Positions 18,927 through 27,696 of a stretch of DNA of 52,835 nt are shown in pieces. Position numbers and translations under genes: made by a program. The first letter of the stretch is position 1. Every line of letters begins with the position of its first letter. This DNA comes from a virus. Its lineage: Duplodnaviria; Caudoviricetes. The DNA lies in IMG/VR virus record IMGVR_UViG_3300001683_001688, positions 1 to 52,835 of that record, one strand, 5' to 3'. The notes under the pieces are model-generated. The model made no database searches, had not been told where the DNA came from, and was given only the letters and a program-made list of their open reading frames with translations.

Positions 18927-19020
18927 CGTGAAATAGGATTGATTTTTCATAGATTATTCAATTTTTATTTAGTAGATTTCCTAATATTTATAACTGAACA
19001 GTTTTAATAGATAGCATTAA

Positions 19021-19242
19021 ATGAAAGAGTATTCTACATCTGATTTGTCCCTAGCAGCATTTTTACTTATGCGAGGGCTTCAGTTAAAGAGTGCAGAAAA
19101 AACTTCATCTGGAAGATTTAATTTTGTATTCAGCGATCCTGACGGAAAGGGAAAATTACTATCCTTAGAGTTTTTAAACAGTGATTTCTCAAAGTATGAT
19201 AATCATGTCAGAAACCTGAAGAAGGTAATATATAATAAATGA
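19021..19242 (+). CDS. DUF5659-like small protein
   Basis: YSTSDLSLAAFLLMRG...RFNFVF pattern. Confidence 0.6.
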   Translation: MKEYSTSDLSLAAFLLMRGLQLKSAEKTSSGRFNFVFSDPDGKGKLLSLEFLNSDFSKYDNHVRNLKKVIYNK

Positions 19243-19297
19243 ACGGGCTCTTTGGGTCTCTTCAGTTTTAAAAAGTTAGCTATAGTTTAGACACTGT

Positions 19298-19376
19298 TAA
19301 GCATTAAGTTAGTAAGACGTTTGGTTCATGATGCTAAAGAGCACGTTGTGTGTCTCTTTGCAAGCTTAATGCCTAA
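19298..19376 (+). promoter_or_regulatory. structured 5' leader of the large fibre gene
   Basis: GCATTAAG (19301) pairs with CTTAATGC (19365), enclosing an AAAGAG-CAC / GTG-T-CTCTTT hairpin; ends just before the RBS. Confidence 0.45.
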
Positions 19377-19393
19377 ATAATAGGAAAACTATA

Positions 19394-22066
19394 ATGGCTC
19401 AGAAAACAAAAATTAGAGCGACTCAGATCTCGGCGTCAATGCCTACTGATACTGCAGCCGCCGCCGCTGCAAGCGGCTTGGTCGTATCTCACTTAAGCGG
19501 TACTCTTGCTCATATAGCATCTGCTATCAAGAGAGTTCACGGTGCTTCTTCGTTCACGAATTCAGCTGCCGGTGTCTTTGGACATACTCTTAAGTCTGAC
19601 ACATCAAATACGGATGCACTCGGTACATCATCTATAACATGGTCAGATCTCTTTCTCGGCGATGGTGCAGTTATCAATCTTGGTGAAGATCAGGATATCA
19701 CCTTGACTCACGTTGCTGATACTGGTGTCGAAGTCGGCGGTTCTAACGCAAATGGTACAAACCTTCGACTTAACAACTCAGCAGCTGACGGTGACGCAAG
19801 AGTTGAGTATCAGCTTGGCGGAACCACTGTCTGGTCAATGGGTGTTGAAGATGGCGACTCAGACAAGTTCGTTATCGAAGATGGTGCTGGTGCACTGGGA
19901 GCAGATCCCGCATTCGAGATCGCAGCTGACAAGTCAGCTAAGTTCTTTGGAACGTTAGAAGCTACCACATCAATCACAATCGGCTCTGCTGCTATGAGCG
20001 AGGCTGACCTGGAGCAACTTGACGGTATCACAGCTGGTACAGCTGCAGCTTCTAAGGCTCTTGTCTTGGACGCCAGCAAGGATATCGGAACAATTCGTAA
20101 CCTTACCATTGACGGCACATTCTCAGACGGTAATTACACCTTCGACACTAGCGGAAACGTGACTGGTCTTGGTTCTGTCGGTTCAGGTGCTATTACTTCA
20201 AGTGGTATCATTAAAACGGATGACGGAACTGAAGCTACTTCGACAACTGACGGTTCTTTACAGACCGACGGTGGTTTAAGTGTTGCTAAGAGCGCTGTTA
20301 TCGGTGACGATTTGGATCTCTTGTCTGACGGTGCAATTCTTAGCATTGGAAGCACTTCTAAGTTCGTCTTAACAGATCAGGGTGCAAACAACGCTGTGAT
20401 GGCAGCTTCTGGTGCCAGACTCGCATTTGGTAATGCTGGTGAGTATATTAGTGGCGACGGAACTGATTTAAAAGTTGTTTCAAGTGGAGATGTCGACATC
20501 ACAGCTACATTGGTTGATGTAACTGGTGCCGGTGCTTTCAGTGGAAACCTAACAGTTGGTGGAAACTTAGATATCAACGGTACAACAACAACAGTTGATT
20601 CAGTCAACCTGTCAGTTAAGGATTCAATCATAGCTCTCGGTGTCTCAGGATCAGACGGCGGATATTCAACAACTGGTGATAGAGGTATTTTATTCCCAAG
20701 AGGTACTGATGATTCTGAAGTTGCTGGTTTGTACTGGGATGGCAGCAGATTCAACATGACTGTTTCAAAAACTGGACCGCTATCTGGATCGTTTGGTTCG
20801 GCCAGCGGATATAACAAGTTGATGCTTGGAAGAGTTGAGTTTGATTCAGCAGCTGATTACATTAGAGTTAACACTCATATGGAACTTAAAGCTGCAGCAG
20901 ATATCATTCTCGACCCAGGCGGTAATAACGTTGTTCCAGGCAGCGACAATGCCGATGCTCTTGGTTCTTCTGGTACAGCTTGGGCTGATCTATTCCTTGG
21001 CGACGGTGCTGTTGTTAACTTCAATGCCGGTGATGTGACAGTGACACATGCATCAAATCTTCTAACGGTTGGTGGCGGACACTTGCGAGTTGATGGAAGT
21101 AACAAGATGCAGATTGGTGGTCCTAATGACTACCTTCAGCTTGACACTGATCTTAAGATCATTTCTTCTGCAGATGTTGTCATCGACCCTGTAGGCGGAG
21201 AGCTAAAGGTTGACGGTAATGTTGTTCCTAACTCTGACTCTGCTGACTCACTCGGTGCCTCTGGGACAGCGTGGGCCAAGCTTTGGGTTGATGATATTTC
21301 TCTAGCTGGTCAGGGTCGTATTGATCTTGATGCTGATGGTGATACATCAATTCGCTCTAATATTGATGACGTTATCAAATTTGAGATTGGCGGAGCTGAT
21401 AAGATTCAGATGACTACTACAGTGATTGCACCTGATACAGATGATGGAATGGCTCTTGGTAAGACGACAAACAGGTGGTCAGATCTCTTCCTTGCAGAAG
21501 GTGGTGTTATCAACTGGGATGACGGCGATGCTACATTGACTCAAGCTAGTGACATTGTAACTCTAGCTGGTGCAAAATTAGATGCTCAGCTAAGATATAG
21601 TGTTAATAACGTAGCTAATGGCGGTGTCTTAATGACAGCATACGACGGATCAGCTGCTGTTGCTGATCTTGCACTAGACCTTGATGGTATGAATGACATT
21701 GGTGCAGATCTTGCTGATGCTGATCTCATCGCAGTCGATGACGGTGCAGCCGGATCCAATAGAAAATGTGCAATGTCAAGAGTTGTAACATACATTCAGT
21801 CACAGCTTGTTCAGAAAACCACTCTTGAGATCTCTGCAGGAGTTGCATCAGACACTGATGTTGATCTCACGTTCGAAACTGATTCCGACTGGACCGACGC
21901 TGGCTCAACCCAGAAAGAAGTCTATGTCAACGGTCAGCTTATGCTTGAAGGCACTAATGCCGGAGCAAACAAGGACTTCTACCCTGGAGGATCAGCCGGA
22001 CGTATTAAGTTTGAGTTTGGCCTTGAGGCAGGTGACGTCATTCAGTCAATTCTTAGAGCAGGATAG
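19394..22066 (+). CDS. large virion fibre-like protein with internal repeats
   Basis: Ala/Gly/Asp/Thr-rich; four copies of a D.LG.S...W.DLFL.DG.V.N repeat; C-terminal EVYVNGQLM...F.F.L..GDVI module. Confidence 0.7.
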   Translation: MAQKTKIRATQISASMPTDTAAAAAASGLVVSHLSGTLAHIASAIKRVHGASSFTNSAAGVFGHTLKSDTSNTDALGTSSITWSDLFLGDGAVINLGEDQDITLTHVADTGVEVGGSNANGTNLRLNNSAADGDARVEYQLGGTTVWSMGVEDGDSDKFVIEDGAGALGADPAFEIAADKSAKFFGTLEATTSITIGSAAMSEADLEQLDGITAGTAAASKALVLDASKDIGTIRNLTIDGTFSDGNYTFDTSGNVTGLGSVGSGAITSSGIIKTDDGTEATSTTDGSLQTDGGLSVAKSAVIGDDLDLLSDGAILSIGSTSKFVLTDQGANNAVMAASGARLAFGNAGEYISGDGTDLKVVSSGDVDITATLVDVTGAGAFSGNLTVGGNLDINGTTTTVDSVNLSVKDSIIALGVSGSDGGYSTTGDRGILFPRGTDDSEVAGLYWDGSRFNMTVSKTGPLSGSFGSASGYNKLMLGRVEFDSAADYIRVNTHMELKAAADIILDPGGNNVVPGSDNADALGSSGTAWADLFLGDGAVVNFNAGDVTVTHASNLLTVGGGHLRVDGSNKMQIGGPNDYLQLDTDLKIISSADVVIDPVGGELKVDGNVVPNSDSADSLGASGTAWAKLWVDDISLAGQGRIDLDADGDTSIRSNIDDVIKFEIGGADKIQMTTTVIAPDTDDGMALGKTTNRWSDLFLAEGGVINWDDGDATLTQASDIVTLAGAKLDAQLRYSVNNVANGGVLMTAYDGSAAVADLALDLDGMNDIGADLADADLIAVDDGAAGSNRKCAMSRVVTYIQSQLVQKTTLEISAGVASDTDVDLTFETDSDWTDAGSTQKEVYVNGQLMLEGTNAGANKDFYPGGSAGRIKFEFGLEAGDVIQSILRAG

Positions 22067-22106
22067 CTAGACTTTAGACCTTAGGTCTAATACTTATAGT
22101 TTCCCA

Positions 22107-22144
22107 GTGGGGAGCCACATAATGTGGCTCCCCGCATTTGTTTA
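22107..22144 (+). terminator. Rho-independent terminator
   Basis: GGGGAGCCACA-TAA-TGTGGCTCCCC 11-bp stem followed by a T-rich tail. Confidence 0.8.
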
Positions 22145-22205
22145 TAAACGAGATACATATGTGATGTATAATTTGTGATAACAACAGAGAAAAAAAGGTG
22201 TTATT

Positions 22206-22661
22206 GTGAAAGAGATAGATTATTTAAATAGATTTGAAGAAGATCTGCAGAAAATTCTCACTAGGCAAAGCAGAGAGGATCCTGCACGGCAGACTGTATA
22301 TTCAAAAATTCACAGCCAGGTAAAGCTTGCTTGTGAGCGAGAGATATCTAGGGTAAAAAGTGAAAACTATGACCTAGCAGCATATCTTGAAAATTTTTCA
22401 AATGGATTGCTAGTAATGATATCAGATGTACAAAGGTCTGAGTTTATTGAGACCGTTAGAATATCTGCTAGAGAAGATCTTTTAAATGACATTCTAGAGA
22501 GTGTAAGAAAGGAAGCAGATAATTTGCAAGCTATTGAAGACAGAGATGGACAGGCTGAGAGAGAAAGTAGAGACCTAAGGTCTATAGGCGAAAGACCTGT
22601 CGGAATGAAAGAGAAGCGCTCTCTGTCTAAAGAGTCCTCTGATGATGCTGAACTAGATTAA
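22206..22661 (+). CDS. hypothetical coiled-coil protein
   Basis: 151-aa charged helical ORF preceded by TATAAT (22167) and AAGGTG RBS. Confidence 0.65.
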   Translation: MKEIDYLNRFEEDLQKILTRQSREDPARQTVYSKIHSQVKLACEREISRVKSENYDLAAYLENFSNGLLVMISDVQRSEFIETVRISAREDLLNDILESVRKEADNLQAIEDRDGQAERESRDLRSIGERPVGMKEKRSLSKESSDDAELD

Positions 22662-22673
22662 TAGTTATTAGAT

Positions 22674-23132
22674 ATGCCTATTAATTTAAAAAAGACAGTA
22701 AACTTTGGCTCATCTAAGTCTGGCCTATCTGCAGTTGGATACAGACTATATGACACAGATGGAACTCTAAGCGGAAGCAGAGTTGAAGGTTCAACAATTG
22801 GCGAAGTTTTAAGTGGCGCAGGAATATACTCTGGAAGTGTCCACATTGCTGATGGCTTTATAGGAAGCATCCTGTGGGACACCGGGGAAGCCACACCAAT
22901 ATACGCCTCAGATGATATTGATAATGTTATTCACACGCTATCAATGATATCTTCTAGTGTTGACTTTACAAGACACGTCACCGCCGGAAGATGGCACATA
23001 ACCTCTTCCGGAAATGACAAGCATATGGTATTCTACAAAGAGGATAATTCTACAGAAGTCATAAGATTTAATTTAACTGATGAAGATGGAGATGCAACTG
23101 TGGCATCAGTGTTTCAGAGAACTAAGGTGTAA
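22674..23132 (+). CDS. hypothetical (probable virion) protein
   Basis: Beta-rich 152-aa ORF directly after an ATAGTTA motif. Confidence 0.6.
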   Translation: MPINLKKTVNFGSSKSGLSAVGYRLYDTDGTLSGSRVEGSTIGEVLSGAGIYSGSVHIADGFIGSILWDTGEATPIYASDDIDNVIHTLSMISSSVDFTRHVTAGRWHITSSGNDKHMVFYKEDNSTEVIRFNLTDEDGDATVASVFQRTKV

Positions 23133-23494
23133 TGTCTTTAGTACTAAGAGGAATGGGACCTTGTGACGCTGGGCATGCAAGGCTTGTATCAATGGGATTT
23201 GGTACAACTTGTGAAGTGTCTGTTGAGACTGAGACTTTATTGCCAGCAAAGGGAAGAAGCTCTAGAAGATATGATGGATACCAGAGGTATATTCCAGATG
23301 TATATACTATTACTGCCAGGCTTACAGAGATCAACGGCATTAGTCTTCTACATCCGATAACAGAAAGCACTCGTGGCGAGATTGACTTATCTGGAGATTT
23401 TGTTATAAGACTGATTGATAAGATTAGAATTGCAAAGACAACTCCAAAGAAGACCATATTTATTAAAGTTATAGACATCTTTAAAAGAGAGTGA
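23132..23494 (+). CDS. hypothetical protein
   Basis: TAATG translational coupling to the upstream gene. Confidence 0.6.
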   Translation: MSLVLRGMGPCDAGHARLVSMGFGTTCEVSVETETLLPAKGRSSRRYDGYQRYIPDVYTITARLTEINGISLLHPITESTRGEIDLSGDFVIRLIDKIRIAKTTPKKTIFIKVIDIFKRE

Positions 23495-23497
23495 AAA

Positions 23498-24076
23498 ATG
23501 CAACAGATTGATCTAGATTTAGACAAAGAGAATGAGCTAGTTTTTAAGCTTTCAATAGAGGGGACAAAGCCCGCTTCAACAAAAACACGTTTTTTGCTTG
23601 AGTCAAGTGAATACTCACTTGTTTTTCCAGCTTCAAACTCTGCCGACGGCGAGGTTTCCGTCTTGATTCCCCCTCTTGAGAATATTATACAAGAGGGTTT
23701 TCACACTGGAACACTAGAAGTGATTGTTGATGACAGAGTTTTTACTCCGATAAAAATTGATACAAATTTTGAGAAATCAGTTAGTGTTGTAGCAGAGGCT
23801 GTTGTTGCAAGAAGAAAAGAGACTAAAGTGATGGCTTCTCATCCAGTTGTTGTATCTAGAAAAAAAGAAGCCAAGCCAGATAGGCCCAGACCTGAGCAAA
23901 GAAATAGAAAAAGACCAGGCCAGAGAGAGATGGTATCTGAGTCTCGTAATCAAAAAAGTGAAAAGTCTTTAGAGACCTGGATCAAGACTCTAGCAGAGAG
24001 AAAAAATATAAAACTAACACATTCTCAAATAGCAGAAATAACAAAAAAATATAATACTTTAAAGAAAAAGAGGTAA
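23498..24076 (+). CDS. hypothetical protein (beta-sandwich N-terminus, basic C-terminus)
   Basis: 192-aa ORF in operon arrangement. Confidence 0.65.
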   Translation: MQQIDLDLDKENELVFKLSIEGTKPASTKTRFLLESSEYSLVFPASNSADGEVSVLIPPLENIIQEGFHTGTLEVIVDDRVFTPIKIDTNFEKSVSVVAEAVVARRKETKVMASHPVVVSRKKEAKPDRPRPEQRNRKRPGQREMVSESRNQKSEKSLETWIKTLAERKNIKLTHSQIAEITKKYNTLKKKR

Positions 24077-24079
24077 AAA

Positions 24080-24319
24080 ATGATTCATGCGCTTCTAGAG
24101 ATTTATCTATCTGGAGTTTGTCTTTTTCTTGCTATATCATTATTGAGAATAGAGACATGTCATCTAGACACGAAGATTAGCAGATCAAGAGAGACAAAGG
24201 CGCTCCTTAAGCAAAAGATTCGTAGATACAAAAGAGATATCAGAATGTCTTTTGTGTGGCCAGCTCTTTTATATAGATTGTTAAAATCTTATTTTGAAGA
24301 GATAAAGAAATCTGAATAA
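24080..24319 (+). CDS. small membrane protein
   Basis: N-terminal hydrophobic helix and SFVWP motif; GAGGT RBS. Confidence 0.55.
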   Translation: MIHALLEIYLSGVCLFLAISLLRIETCHLDTKISRSRETKALLKQKIRRYKRDIRMSFVWPALLYRLLKSYFEEIKKSE

Positions 24320-24326
24320 GAACAAG

Positions 24327-25013
24327 ATGATAAATCTAAAAAAAGTTCTACTCAAGATAAGGTATCTACAAGAAGAACATAATGATTGCTTAGATTTATA
24401 CAATAAAGCAAAATATGAACTTGAATCTATCATTAGGCAAACCCATTCAGATCTTAATGTGTTTGATAAAGATATAGATAGAAAATTTTTAAAATCTGGT
24501 ATAGAAGATATAACTTCTACAGCAGAGTGTGAAAGTCAAAGCATAGATAGTCAACAGTGGGCAAAAAAACTATTTAGAAAAATAGCAATGATCACACATC
24601 CTGATAAGATTCCAGATGAGCTGAGTCAATCAGTTAAGGATAAATTTTTAATATTATATCAAAAATCTAATATTCTAATCGATGAATGCGATTATGTTGG
24701 TCTTGTAATGATAGCTGATGAGCTTAATATAGATCTAGCACAGCTAAGCGTTCATGATTGGAAAATATTTAAAGAAAAGCAAATAGAAATTGAGAAAAAA
24801 ATAATAAAATTAAAACAGTCTATCTACTGGGTGTGGTTACACTCATCTGATGATAAAAAAAATAATATCATAAAGGAGTTTATCAATCAGCGTGGGTGGA
24901 CATCAAAAAATGCTGTAAGGAATAAGTCTAGAACCGGCCCTGGAAAGCATCCAGGAAAGTCTATATCCTGGGCGCGATCAAAGATAAACATCACCAATAA
25001 GAAAGATGACTAA
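24327..25013 (+). CDS. protein with internal J-domain-like segment
   Basis: AKKLFRKIAMITHPDK (HPD motif in J-domain helical context). Confidence 0.6.
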   Translation: MINLKKVLLKIRYLQEEHNDCLDLYNKAKYELESIIRQTHSDLNVFDKDIDRKFLKSGIEDITSTAECESQSIDSQQWAKKLFRKIAMITHPDKIPDELSQSVKDKFLILYQKSNILIDECDYVGLVMIADELNIDLAQLSVHDWKIFKEKQIEIEKKIIKLKQSIYWVWLHSSDDKKNNIIKEFINQRGWTSKNAVRNKSRTGPGKHPGKSISWARSKINITNKKDD

Positions 25014-25669
25014 GATTTAAACTTGCTCAATCGTGCAACACCGTTAGACACAGTGACATATGTCTGATGAGAGACCCAATCACCGGCATTTATATACGTT
25101 TTAATATGCTCGTTTTCATCAATCCAGATAAGTGCTTCAGGATTGTGAGTGTGCCCCATGATAAACACATCAACGTCTTCATTTTCTCTTAGTATATGAA
25201 TAACACTTCTTAGCTTGTGACGCTTTATCTGAATTCTTGTCCACCAGTCCGTGAAGTCAAAATTAAACGTGAACTCTAGCACATTCTGAAGAACGGACAG
25301 AAATTTAATAAAAATCTTATTGTGTATTACACCTTTGTCATATTCATCACCATGCTCTATTCTAAATTTTCTTCCGTTTTCTTCAAACTCATATCTTTTC
25401 ATAAAGATTATTCTAAAGAATTGTTCCCCTATTAGATTTACAAAGCTTTCGTCGTGATTTCCAACCACATAGATTATTTTCTTATTATAGTCTATTGCGT
25501 TAACTATCTCCATACACCTCTTTGTAAATACAGGTATTTTTATGAAGTCAACTATGTCGCCAGCAAGTATCAGCTCATCATATTCGCAAGATTGAATAAA
25601 CTTAAGAAGCTCATCAGATTTATAGAATTTTGTACCAATGTGAGTGTCAGATATGATAACTCTTTTCAT
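25010..25669 (-). CDS. calcineurin-like metallophosphoesterase, LpxH (UDP-2,3-diacylglucosamine hydrolase)-like
   Basis: IISDTHIG, LAGDIVD, VVGNHD, EHGDEYD, MGHTH, YINAGDW. Confidence 0.8.
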   Translation of the reverse strand: MKRVIISDTHIGTKFYKSDELLKFIQSCEYDELILAGDIVDFIKIPVFTKRCMEIVNAIDYNKKIIYVVGNHDESFVNLIGEQFFRIIFMKRYEFEENGRKFRIEHGDEYDKGVIHNKIFIKFLSVLQNVLEFTFNFDFTDWWTRIQIKRHKLRSVIHILRENEDVDVFIMGHTHNPEALIWIDENEHIKTYINAGDWVSHQTYVTVSNGVARLSKFKS

Positions 25670-25833
25670 TTGAACAAACCTGTGTTGTATAATAATATTA
25701 TATTAATCAAATGAAATGTGTTTTGCAATATTTTAATAATTAATCAAAAATAATGCTAATACAATAATGTCTATGATGTATATAATTGAAAATAATCTTA
25801 GATGAAACAAGCTAAAAACGTAGAGAGGTAAAA

Positions 25834-26064
25834 GTGGAATCATTGAAATTTTCAGACGAAGTTATTGCACAAGTTGCAAGACTTGTGCAGCTTGCTATAC
25901 TTACAGGAACCGATATAGTAGACAATCTTAGAATGCTGTCTGTGACAGAGTCTGAGTCAGAAAAGGGAGTCTTGGTTTTGACAGATGAGTATAGGAATAT
26001 TGCAGAAGATCAGCTTGCAAAACTTATGGGCGAGCTTGAAGACTCTGTTACAGAAATGACATAA
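25834..26064 (+). CDS. hypothetical protein
   Basis: GAGGT RBS; first gene of the nucleotide-metabolism run. Confidence 0.65.
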   Translation: MESLKFSDEVIAQVARLVQLAILTGTDIVDNLRMLSVTESESEKGVLVLTDEYRNIAEDQLAKLMGELEDSVTEMT

Positions 26065-26072
26065 ACAATAGA

Positions 26073-26447
26073 ATGCAAGACAAGCTTAAAATAATGTTTG
26101 GACTAAGAGAGCAATTTATGAATTCTCTTAGCGAGAAATTACCAGACACAAATCCGTCGTTTCCTCTTGACTTGTCAGAAAAAGTCAACCAGCAATATGT
26201 TAGAGATATTGCGCTAAGAGGAGTCGAAGAGATGTTTGAAGCTTTACAACATCTTAAAAACTGGAAGCCCCATAGAGAAACTGAAAATAAAGATTTCAAT
26301 AGAGATGAGTTTCTTGAAGAGATTGTAGATTCATTTAATTATTTTTTCTCACTTCTAATATTATCAGGATTTGACTCAGAGGATCTTTTCCAAGCATATA
26401 TCAAAAAGGATCAGGTTATTCATGAGAGACTCAAAGACGGATACTAG
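26073..26447 (+). CDS. all-alpha NTP pyrophosphatase (MazG / dimeric dUTPase / T4 gp56 dCTPase-like)
   Basis: EEMFEA...LKNWKPHR...EEIVDSFNYF: ExxE and ExxD metal motifs plus a WKP loop. Confidence 0.75.
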   Translation: MQDKLKIMFGLREQFMNSLSEKLPDTNPSFPLDLSEKVNQQYVRDIALRGVEEMFEALQHLKNWKPHRETENKDFNRDEFLEEIVDSFNYFFSLLILSGFDSEDLFQAYIKKDQVIHERLKDGY

Positions 26448-26664
26448 ATCTGGAACGTTTATCAGCATAACATCTGGAAAGACATATAAGTTTAACTCTT
26501 TAGATGACCTGGAGTCTGTGCTTATTTTACTTGATGATTGTAAACACACTGGAGATATTTTATTTGATAATAGTAATACATCATTCACATTTTCTTTAAT
26601 GGAAAAAAGTATTGTTATAGGACTTTTAGACTATATGCGTCAATGCAAAGATTTCGACATATAA
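26422..26664 (+). CDS. hypothetical protein (start uncertain)
   Basis: Fills the gap between the two pyrophosphatase genes; no motif recognised. Confidence 0.4.
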   Translation: MRDSKTDTRSGTFISITSGKTYKFNSLDDLESVLILLDDCKHTGDILFDNSNTSFTFSLMEKSIVIGLLDYMRQCKDFDI

Positions 26665-26686
26665 GAGACGGTAAGGGAGAAAGTTA

Positions 26687-27625
26687 ATGTCAAGTAGAAT
26701 AAAAAATCTTTTTGAAATTCAGAGATTATTCAATAAAGAGATCTATGGGTCCAATCTAAGTGATGAAGATCTTGATAGGTTTACACAGGATCTTGCACTC
26801 TGTGCACATTCAGAGATTAGCTCCTTAATATCAGCAACGCAATACAAGAAACATCACTCATTTAAGGAGCCTGCTGGTCTCAATGAGTCTCGAATAGTTT
26901 ATGAGTCTGTTGATGTTATAAGATATATCATGGCCATTCTTAATCTTTGGGATGTTGATTTCGCTAGATTTGAAGAAGCGTTCTATAAAAAAGATATCTA
27001 TCTACATGCTAGAAGAGATATTGATAATAGCAGATGGATGAGACAGCCTGTTGTAATAGTTGATATTGATGATGTTCTAGCAGAGTTTAGAGAGGGTTTT
27101 GCTCATTGGCTTGAAAAGACATACTCTCTTGATGTTGATATAGAGAGCCCAGAGTATTATTTTATAGATGCACTAAAAGACAAAGGACTTAATCCAGAAA
27201 AAACATTTCTTGACTTTGTTGATCAAGGCGGATTTTTCAATATTAAGCCAATAGCTGGTGCGATTAATTTTCTAAAAAATTTACAAGACCAGGGATACTG
27301 GATTCACTTGTTAACAGCTAGGCCTGAAGATAATTTAACTTGTCTATATGACACATACGCGTGGTTAGCTAAGTACGATATTCCTTTTAATGACATCTCG
27401 TTCTCTGCTGAAAAATTTAGATGGTGTGCGCAGTCAAAGTATTATGATACAGGGTCAATTATTATGACAATTGATGATTCACCAAAGCATGCAACTGAGT
27501 ATGCAATCCATGGATTACCATGCCTAGTCCCTGAAAAATCTTATAATAGAAAAATATGGAATACAGACAATGTTTTCGCGTATAGAGATTTTGACTTCGC
27601 TTTTGATCTTATTAAATCTTTATAA
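26687..27625 (+). CDS. MazG-like domain fused to HAD 5'(3')-deoxyribonucleotidase
   Basis: N-terminal HSEISSL...YESVDVIRY (degenerate MazG); C-terminal IVDIDDVLAEF, LLTARP, EK, IDDSPK (HAD motifs I-IV). Confidence 0.75.
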   Translation: MSSRIKNLFEIQRLFNKEIYGSNLSDEDLDRFTQDLALCAHSEISSLISATQYKKHHSFKEPAGLNESRIVYESVDVIRYIMAILNLWDVDFARFEEAFYKKDIYLHARRDIDNSRWMRQPVVIVDIDDVLAEFREGFAHWLEKTYSLDVDIESPEYYFIDALKDKGLNPEKTFLDFVDQGGFFNIKPIAGAINFLKNLQDQGYWIHLLTARPEDNLTCLYDTYAWLAKYDIPFNDISFSAEKFRWCAQSKYYDTGSIIMTIDDSPKHATEYAIHGLPCLVPEKSYNRKIWNTDNVFAYRDFDFAFDLIKSL

Positions 27626-27696
27626 GATTTGAAATTTATGTTATAAAACAGCAGCAACGTTTAGTATATTAAACATGTAAATCGCAAGGAGAAACA

